Source of the DNA: Cyanophora paradoxa CCMP329
Lineage: Eukaryota; Plantae; Glaucophyta
Assembly (NCBI GenBank): GCA_004431415.1
Contig: QPMI01000499.1
Span: 124,001 to 188,000 of the forward strand
Direction of reading: 5' to 3'
Length of the DNA stretch: 64,000 nt
The notes beneath the pieces were generated by a model. The model was not told the origin of the DNA. It was given only the letters and a program-made list of their open reading frames with translations, and ran no database searches. The stretch's first letter is position 1; each line of letters begins with the position of its first letter. The translations under genes and the position numbers were made by a program. Shown here piece after piece: positions 56,101 through 64,000 of the stretch.

Positions 56101-57701
56101 TCGCCGCTGCTCGCTATCGAATATCGCGGCCAGGGCTCGCGGCACCGCTGGCGTGGGCGTCGGCGTGGGCGTGGGTGTGAGCGGCGTCGGCGTCGGCGTC
56201 TGGGACGGTGTTCAGAAGAAATAGGAATCGCCGCTGCTCGCTATCGAATATCGTGGCCAGGGCTCGCGGCACCGCTGGCGTGGGCGTCGGCGTGGGCGTG
56301 GGTGTGAGCGGCGTCGGCGTCGGCGTCTGGGACCGTGGTCAGAAGAAATAGGAATCGCCGCTGCTCGCTATCGAATATCGCGGCCAGGGCTCGCGGCACC
56401 GCTGGCGTGGGCGTCGGCGTGGGCGTGGGTGTGAGCGGCGTCGGCGTCGGCGTCTGGGACGGTGGTCAGAAGAAATAGGAATCGCCGCTGCTCGCTATCG
56501 AATTTCGCGGCCAGGGCTCGCGGCACCGCTGGCGTGGGCGTCGGCGTGGGCGTGGGTGTGAGCGGCGTCGGCGTCGGCGTCTGGGACCGTGGTCAGAAGA
56601 AATAGGAATCGCCGCTGCTCGCTATCGAATATCGCGGCCAGGGCTCGCGGCACCGCTGGCGTGGGCGTCGGCGTGGGCGTGGGTGTGAGCGGCGTCGGTG
56701 TCGGCGTCGGCGTCTGGGACCGTGGTCAGAAGAAATAGGAATCGCCGCTGCTCGCTATCGAATATCGCGGCCAGGGCTCGCGGCACCGCTGGCGTGGGCG
56801 TCGCCGTGGGCGTCGCCGTGGGCGTCGCCGTGGGCGTCGGCGTGGGCGTGGGTGTGAGCGGCGTCGGCGTCGGCGTCGGCGTCTGAGACCTTGGTCAGAA
56901 GAAATAGGAATCGCCGCTGCTCGCTATCGAATATCGCGGCCAGGGCTCGCGGCACCGCTGGCGTGGGCGTCGGCGTGGGCGTGGGTGTGAGCGGCGTCGG
57001 CGTCGGCGTCTGGGACGGTGGTCAGAAGAAATAGGAATCGCCGCTGCTCGCTATCGAATATCGTGGCCAGGGCTCGCGGCACCGCTGGCGTGGGCGTCGG
57101 CGTGGGCGTCGCCGTGGGCGTTGCCGTGGGCGTCGCCGTGGGCGTCGCCGTGGGCGTCGCTGTAGGCGTTAACGTTGCCGTGGGCGTGGGCGTTGCCGTG
57201 GGCGTACGCGTGGGCGTCGCCGTGGGCGTCGCCGTGGGCGTGGGCGTCGCCGTGGGCGTGGGCGTCGCCGTGGGCGTGGGCGTCGCCGTGGGCGTGGGCG
57301 TCGCCGTGGGCGTGGGCGTCGCCGTGGGCGTGGGCGTCGCCGTGGGCGTCGCCGTGGGCGTGGGCGTTGCCGTGGGCGTCGCCGTGGGCGTCGCCGTGGG
57401 CGTCGCCGTCGGCGTCGCCGTCGGCGTCGCCGTGGCGTTGGGAGTGGCCGTGGGCGTCGGGGTCTGCATGCAAAATGAATTCGAATCAATGAATCACATG
57501 TACATGCAAATTAAAATGAATTCGAATATTTGGCCGGACCGGCGTCGGCGTCGGCGTTGGCGAGGGCGTCGGGGTCGGGGTCGGCGTGCGGCGGCCAAGT
57601 GCGTCGACGGTGGTGTCCGCAGTCGCGCCCGCCCTCACAGGCGCGGCGAACGCAAGCACCACAAGCAGGAGCGCGAGGGCGCGCGGTACCGACATTGACA
57701 T
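53154..57701 (-). CDS. Secreted Thr-Pro-rich (mucin/extensin-like) protein with a non-repetitive domain near the C-terminus
   Basis: Signal-peptide-like [24 protein letters not shown]; many (TP)n exons; unique exons [25 protein letters not shown]..; last exon ends PPARRFWKY*. Confidence 0.75.
55251..57085 (-). repeat. Tandem array of about 14 near-identical 123-127-bp units, each one phase-0 exon plus one intron
   Basis: Minus-strand unit: exon ACGCCGACGCCGACGCCGCTCACACCCACGCCCACGCCGACGCCCACGCCAGCG ([18 protein letters not shown]), then intron GTGCCGCGAGCC...TTCTGACCACGGTCCCAG. Plus-strand unit starts at 55321, 55448, 55571, 55694, 55821, 55948, 56075 and onward. Confidence 0.9.
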
Positions 57702-58592
57702 CGCTCCGATCGCGGCCTCCCGCGGTCGATTCCGCCTCATCGTGGTCCTGGTCTGCGCCCCGCGCGCGCATCATGTTCGATATCGTTTTTGAGTTTTGCG
57801 GTGGCGCTAGCGCTGGCCCGGCGCGGCGCGGGGGGGGGCTTCTACACCGACGCGCAACTCTAGATCTAGATCTAGATCTATATCTGGCCCCGGAGTGCGC
57901 AATTGCAAGCGAAGGCCAGCTCAAAACTATGATTTCGATCTTGCGGACGTGGACGCGTATGAGTCGACGTCGCTCACGGCTGCATGCGCGCAGCGCTAGC
58001 TGCAACTGACCACGTAACTGCCGAGCTCGAGAGCCGGTCGATCGCATGCGCACCTTCAAACCTCGCTCCGAATTCCGGCCGCCAAGTGAGCAGATCTAGA
58101 TCTAGAAGCGCTGTGTGCTGTTCGAGCCAGTTTTGCGGTTGCGAACGGTTTGGGGACGCTTGCGGTCGAGATTCAAGGCGCGCCCCTCTCCCTCCCTATA
58201 GCTAGCTCGCTCCTCTCTAGATCTGCACTGCGGCACTAGCTAGCCGCTGAGCTGCTTCGTCCCTGCTTAATTTAAAAATAATTTCCCCTGTCGACATATG
58301 CATATATATACGCGTTCCCTCGAGCCCGTGCACCGGCCCCCGGCCCGGCCCGACCCGGGCCGGTGCCCGCCGCAATTTCGATCTATCGAGAGGGGAACGA
58401 AATATTTGCTTCTCCCCTTGCCGGGTTTCGCGCAATCGCCAGCCGCAAAAATGCGCCCGGGCGCCGCGGCGCGCAATAAAACCCGCGTCGGCCTCAAGTC
58501 GCTGCAGTTCAGCCGAGCACCAGAGCTCGAGCCAAGTAACCGACAGACCCGCTCGCAAGGTGCCCGCGGCCGCATGCGCTCTCGCTTGCGCT

Positions 58593-58876
58593 ACACATAG
58601 TAAAATGCGGAGTTTTAACCCTCGGCTTAATCTTAATTGATTTTGTTGATATATCTCGTATATTCTATTTCAATCAATCGATAATCTGTGTATATCTTAT
58701 CGAATATTCATTTATTTCGATTATTTTGTATTCTTTTCGATATTTTATCGTAAATTTCTCTTATTTTCCGATTAGTCTTACTGAGTTAATCGATAATCTG
58801 TATATATTTCCGAATAATATAACTGAATCTCAATTAGATCTTGCCTCTGGTTAAAACTCCGCATTTTACTATGTGT
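58593..58876. repeat. Terminal fold-back: perfect 28-bp inverted repeat enclosing 284 bp
   Basis: ACACATAGTAAAATGCGGAGTTTTAACC (58593-58620) and its exact reverse complement (58849-58876). Confidence 0.95.
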
Positions 58877-59118
58877 GATTGGTCTTTTTGTTAATTGATT
58901 TATTCGATATTATATTCATGTACTTTCTCGATTAAATTTAATTAAATTTAATTCATTTAATCGGAAATATATCGCTTAACTCGATTAAGATCCATAAATG
59001 ATTCATTTGTTTATATTAACAAATCGATCTCTTATTGAATTCAATCGTAATTATACATGAAACTTATATGATTTTATCATTGTTTTGTTGAGTCTAAGGG
59101 GGGACCCTTAGGATTTTG

Positions 59119-60053
59119 GGTGTGACAGGTGTGACAGGTGTGACAGGTCAATCCCAAGGAAAGTCCTAGTGAGAAATTGATTTTTAAAATCCACGGGATA
59201 AACCTGTCACACCTGTCACACAAACCATATTCAGTAAGGACCTCATATATTGTGAAAATCTCAGTGTTAGTTGGTGTTAAATCTTTCAGGCAGCATTTAT
59301 TTGTCAGGCATTAAATCTATCGATTTTCATAAAGTATTTTATTTTGGCTAAGTCATTGTTTGGATTAACAATGAAATTTCAATTTTATAAAAGTTTTCTA
59401 AAAAGGTGCCTGACAATGCCTGACATACTATATTAGTGCCTGACAACTATATTATAGTGCCTGACAAACCATATATGGTAATACTATATGATATAAACTA
59501 CTTTCTCAGTGTTAGTTGGTGTAGTTGATTCAAAAAATGCATTTTATACTCTGATTCATTGTTATTTCCTGTGAAATTTGAGTCAACTCAACCCACTTAG
59601 TCAACCCTTGCATTGAATTCGTAACAAAATCCATATACTATCGATTAATATGAGTCAACCTTGAGTCCACTTAGTATTAAATATTTATCAATGTAAATAT
59701 AAACAAGGGGATTAAGAGGAATGCTTATTGAATATGGTCAGGGTGGACTCACTTTTTATATACAAATCGAATTCCCAAGTAAATTTGACTCTAAACTGTT
59801 AGGTGGATCTTCTAAGTGGACTCAAAATGTTCACTTTGTGATACATGTTAGCTCAAATCCTTACTGTTTATGGTCAGGGTTGACTAAGTGGGGGGAGTTG
59901 ACACATTTTTTGAAATCCTTTTTAGAAAACTTTAGGTCCCAAATATTTCCTGTGAACTTTGAGTCAACTCAACCCACTTAGTCAACCCTTGCATTGAATT
60001 CGTAACAAAATCCATATACTATCGATTAATATGAGTCAACCTTGAGTCCACTT
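59119..60053. repeat. Clustered short direct and inverted repeats (three motif families), a 19-bp linker repeat and a 110-bp direct repeat
   Basis: GGTGTGACA x3 plus 2 inverted copies; TGCCTGACA x4 plus inverted copies; GTCAAC/GTTGAC palindromic block; TCTCAGTGTTAGTTGGTGT at 59259 and 59504; 110-bp repeat at 59563-59672 and 59944-60053. Confidence 0.9.
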
Positions 60054-60826
60054 TAATATAAATATTATATAATAGGGGGAATCTAGGGGAGATGCTTACT
60101 AAATGCAATGTTAGATTGATGTTTTCATATATGTGATCACGTTTATCGAAGCAATACAATATAGCGGAATATAAGATATCATACGTTGATCGAATTGATA
60201 AGTATATGGTTAAAACTCGCGATTTTTGAGTTATAATCGAATTTAATCGAATTATTTTGAATTTCAAAACTCGCTTTAATCGTAATAGCGATGTATACAC
60301 ATCGAGATTCGTATATGTGATTGCAAGTTATTGTTATGTATTATATATGTGATTATATGTTATGTTTGAATTTCGACTCGGAAATCCAAGCGCCTTAACC
60401 GCTGAGCCAAAAGCGACTTACTTCCAAGTCGACTCCTGGGCTAGTGTTTCACCAAGTCCACTATGGCAAGTGACTTTCGCATCTTCAAACTGTTATATCT
60501 CATCACCAGATCATCAAAACGCAACGTTCTGCATAGCGCTGTGAAGCGCTTGATAAGATCTTCAAGACTATGTGTATATCATATGCATATATGTATATCA
60601 GTCATACATATATTTGGAAAAAACGAGTTTTCGCCTAGCAAACTAGCTAGTTTTGGTCCTTTCTCTTAGTGTTCTTTGAGGTTTAGGGGCTGTATATGAC
60701 TCCTTAGTAGTCTGAAAGTCATTATACCATCTCTGGCTATTCACTTCTGAAAGTTTCTGTGTGCCTGCTATAGTGAGCTTTTGAGTTCCCTGTTAACTTT
60801 CCCAGCCTTCTCCTTCCTAGCCTCTA

Positions 60827-62026
60827 TTAAAGGCTTATCTGGGCTTCATTAGCAGCTTCTATGCCCTCTCTTCTTATAGCAGCATCAACCCTAGCTTCCT
60901 CTTTGGCTTGCTCTAAGGCATCTACTGTAGGGGTTTCCAGATACTCAACTGCATTCACAGGCAACAGCTCATGGAATGCAAACCTGTTATCTATGATCTC
61001 TCCAGTGGGACTCCTTAGCTTAAACTTAAAGCCTTCCCTACTATCAACAGTGTAAACCATCCTAGACCAATTGTTACCCTGTTTAGCAAAGGGATTCTTC
61101 TCAACTTTCACTCTAACAAACATGCCAGGCTGCATGGTATCAAGATAAGCTATTGATTTCTTGAATCTTTCATCTTCTAATCCCACTATATACCTATAAT
61201 GCTCCTCTGTAGTTTCACCTGGCTTCATCTTAGTAGCTGAGTGAACTGTATTATTGTAATTATACTCAATATCACCTAACACATCAAAGAATCTAGCTGT
61301 ATTATTGGCTATGCAGTAGTTTGTGATCCGTCTCTTAATCTGCTTGTTAAAGGCTTCAATTCGACCTTGGCTCCTATGGTCTGCAGTTCCACTCACTTGG
61401 TGTTCTATGTATTTACTAGATAAATACTCCTGGAATATTCGATTTTGGAATTCACTCCCAGCATCTGATTGAACCTTTACTATGGGTCTTGCTACTCTCA
61501 TCTCAAGCTGTTTAAATGCAGCTAATGTAGTGAGAGCTGATTTATCCCTTATAGGTATGATATATCCAGTTCTCAGTGTTGATTCCATTGCAGTCATAAA
61601 TGTATCATAGCCATTGTTTTGTTTCTTATAAGCTGGGAAAAAGAGCAAATCAATCACATAGGTATCAAGGGGTTGCCTTATTGGAACCATGGGATCTCTC
61701 TTTCTAGATATAGCAGGTGCATTGATCTGAACTACCTCTTGCTTTTTATAGAACTCTTGCAACTGCTTGTAGGATTCATCTGGTAACTCAGCCCTCATAG
61801 CTTGAAGCCCTTTGTAACCAGTTCTCACATCATAGAATCTCTTGGCAATCTTGCTAGTTTCTTTCACTGCAATAGCAACTGGGATCTCTACTGGGACAAG
61901 CTCTTTCATTTCAGACTTTTTAACAATTCGAGATTCCCCTTTTTCCTCCTTTGGAACTGTGATAGGCAGTAGGTTACCTTGTAGTTGCTCAGTGGTTCTC
62001 CTAACTATTCTTCCAGTTGCTGGCAT
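60827..62026 (-). CDS. Retroviral-type (rve) DDE integrase of the Polinton-like element
   Basis: YVIDLLFF (D), VQSDAGSEF (D), QGRIEAFNKQIK (E), YNNTVHSATKMKP. The true C-terminus may extend to about 60646 if two homopolymer indels are corrected. Confidence 0.92.
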   Translation of the reverse strand: MPATGRIVRRTTEQLQGNLLPITVPKEEKGESRIVKKSEMKELVPVEIPVAIAVKETSKIAKRFYDVRTGYKGLQAMRAELPDESYKQLQEFYKKQEVVQINAPAISRKRDPMVPIRQPLDTYVIDLLFFPAYKKQNNGYDTFMTAMESTLRTGYIIPIRDKSALTTLAAFKQLEMRVARPIVKVQSDAGSEFQNRIFQEYLSSKYIEHQVSGTADHRSQGRIEAFNKQIKRRITNYCIANNTARFFDVLGDIEYNYNNTVHSATKMKPGETTEEHYRYIVGLEDERFKKSIAYLDTMQPGMFVRVKVEKNPFAKQGNNWSRMVYTVDSREGFKFKLRSPTGEIIDNRFAFHELLPVNAVEYLETPTVDALEQAKEEARVDAAIRREGIEAANEAQISL

Positions 62027-62029
62027 CTC

Positions 62030-64000
62030 TTAATTAAAAGGAACAGAATTAATACCATCTGGTAAGATGTATCTCTTTGCATCAAAGCAGTTTAGGGCAA
62101 CCCTTCTACTCACGGTATCTATTATTGTGTGATCTGCCCTTCTCTTCTGCTTTGCAGTCACAGTCTTGCTGATACCTGCAAATAAACACTCCTTAAAATC
62201 ATTGAATTGGAGTTCCTCAGTGGAAGTCCCAGATAGCTTACTTCTCTCAATCTCAGCTGTTCTGAAACTGTAAACTTTGGCTCTCAGACCTACATACTCC
62301 AATATAGCAGAACCTGGCATCTCATTTTTGTATTTACCTGGGGTCATTCTTGAATCACCTCCAAGGTCTAATGCATAGGATATATTCTCTATATCTGTTT
62401 CAAGGGTCTTAGATTCGATGTATAGACAAAAGGAATCAGTATCATGGAATAGTAACTTGGCTTTGGACCACTGGGACCTCACAGTATCATAGAAGAACTT
62501 GTAATTATGCAGTTTGGCTGCATCCAAAACATAAGCCCCAATTGCAACAGGCTTATCTAGCTTCACATGCTTTGTGTAAAACTCAAAGGCAACTGCCCTT
62601 TCACTTATGGGACTTGTTGATTTCACTAAAGGAGAGGCTGCATATTTCATAAACAGTTTCTCACTGTTGGCAATCTTAACCACAGATCTACCTCTACATG
62701 ATTCAATGCATTTCCCATAGATTGAGTTATTCATGAGTTTATAGAAATCAGCCTCGAATTTATTCACTGCTTTCCTTCTCATATCAGTGTTCAGCTCAAT
62801 GTAGGGTTTCATTACAGGAGCCACAGTAAATGATAGGACCCTGTGAACCTTCTTTAGTTTCACACCTTTGGTCAGAATATACTGTAGAAGAGGCTCAGAA
62901 ATCACATAGTTTGTCACAGAACCAAAGGTTGCAGTTAGCTTAGGGGTCTTATCAAGCTCTTCTCCTGAGAGATCCAATAGGCTCTTTTGATATTGTGATA
63001 ATTCTGCATATTCTACTATTTTCTTGTTTATAATTAGGGGAAATCACTGTGATCTAGAAACAGCCTAATTGGGTAATCCAGATCAACTTCCAGGAAACTG
63101 GATCTGTTATCTTGTGGGTTGAATTCGGTCTCCCATCTAAAATCACCAACTGGAATAGGCTGACTCAAGCAGTAGCCATACAAGTTGTTAGCATCAAACA
63201 GCATAATATGGGAGTTCTCACCATCAGCCTCAGCATACCTACAAGGCATTGTTGCAAAGCCACCCCTGATTCCCTCTCAACAAATTCATATTGCTCTACA
63301 TCACTGATGAGTTCTATTTTTGCCTTGGTGGTCCTTAACATAGCATCCCAAGATAGCCCAGGTGCAGATACATAATGAACTGGGTCAAGTCCATATACTG
63401 AGTGTGAAAGCCTTCTAAAAGCCTGGAATTTGTTCATTAATTCATTTACATCAGCAGCTCCGAAATCCATGAAATTGCTTGCATCAATGAACTTGTAAAG
63501 ACCCCATTGCAATGAAAGATATTGATCAAAGTTTTTCGAAAGGATTTCGATTCGCTTTTTATCACCCATGCCTGCTATTTTTCTGAAAATGAATGTCCCA
63601 CAGTCATCCATTTGATCAACAACAACTGCAACTTTGGTTTGCTTTGAGATTCTCCTATGGAGATTGCAGTTTCTGCATGCAGGGCAATGTAATGACCTGT
63701 GTGGTGATCATGATCCCTGCATTTGAAGTTTTCCTTAGTGAACCTCTCACTGCAAAGGTAACAGTGTTTGGTAGCCCTGTAAACAGCCTTTTGCTCATCT
63801 GTGAGTTCATTCATTGGAATATTGGTAAACAGAAAATCGATTAGTTCTCTTGCTTTGGACTCCAAGCATTCAAAGAGACCTCCCATTGGATCCTGACCCT
63901 CAAATCGAAACTCCTGAACATCTGCCCAGTGACTACTCTCAGGTTGACTGCTGAGACTTCTCTCTTGGATTTTGATGCATCAATGGGATGCTTCTATGTT
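62030..64000 (-). CDS. Protein-primed family B DNA polymerase (Polinton type) with an endonuclease-VII-like Zn motif; split by frameshifts, 5' end outside the window
   Basis: Fragments carry CYLC..CRDHDHHTG..C..CN, YGLDPVHYVSAPGLSWDAML, motif A FDANNLYG, motif B KLMNNSIYGK, motif C FHDTDS, GLRAKVYS and DAKRYI. Confidence 0.9.

Larger units (their letters stand above)
58593..64000 (-). mobile_element. Polinton/Maverick-like (endogenous Polinton-like virus/virophage-type) element, left end; continues beyond the window
   Basis: Sharp GC-rich to AT-rich boundary at 58593, about 2 kb of repeat-rich non-coding terminus, then adjacent intron-less rve integrase and protein-primed PolB genes. Capsid/ATPase genes are not visible in this window. 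Confidence 0.88.

Noticed and set aside
55251-57085. Regular repeat array resembling CRISPR
   Set aside because: There are no unique spacers and no cas genes. The units are exon+intron duplicates in a eukaryotic gene.
57018-57698. ORFs of (VAVG)n, (HGDA)n, (WASP)n and poly-Arg
   Set aside because: These are alternative frames and strands of the Thr-Pro/Thr-Ala repeat exon. Only the TP frame joins the signal peptide through valid splice sites.
58593-58876. Independent MITE with 28-bp TIRs
   Set aside because: The flanks (GCGCT / GATTG) show no target-site duplication, and AT-rich element sequence continues seamlessly to the right, so it is treated as part of the Polinton end.
59721-60669. 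Short ORFs in the element terminus
   Set aside because: They overlap the repeat modules, have no recognisable motifs, and their lengths are expected by chance.

Overview
Gene-dense, intron-rich eukaryotic (protist/algal-type) genomic DNA. The organism cannot be identified from the sequence. Most ORFs in the six-frame track are artefacts of high GC, so I rebuilt genes by hand from short (about 50-130 nt) GT-AG and unusually frequent GC-AG introns. Host genes in 1-57.7 kb, in order: SMC4-like, MZT1-like, NEK kinase, DNAJC11-like, lumazine synthase, CCS, IQ-motif protein, RPL7, NDK, a large secreted L-type-lectin protein with phage-tail-like repeats, an ARM/coiled-coil protein, two nearly identical head-to-head NADP-GDH genes, two head-to-head C2/B-box PI3-kinase paralogues, and a secreted Thr-Pro-rich protein whose stalk is built from tandem exon+intron units. 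At 58593 the sequence switches abruptly to an AT-rich, intron-less, CpG-depleted Polinton/Maverick-like element (rve integrase and protein-primed PolB) that runs off the window. Its 2-kb non-coding end is the most unusual part: a 284-bp terminal fold-back, then several different iteron/origin-like cassettes joined by a conserved linker repeat.
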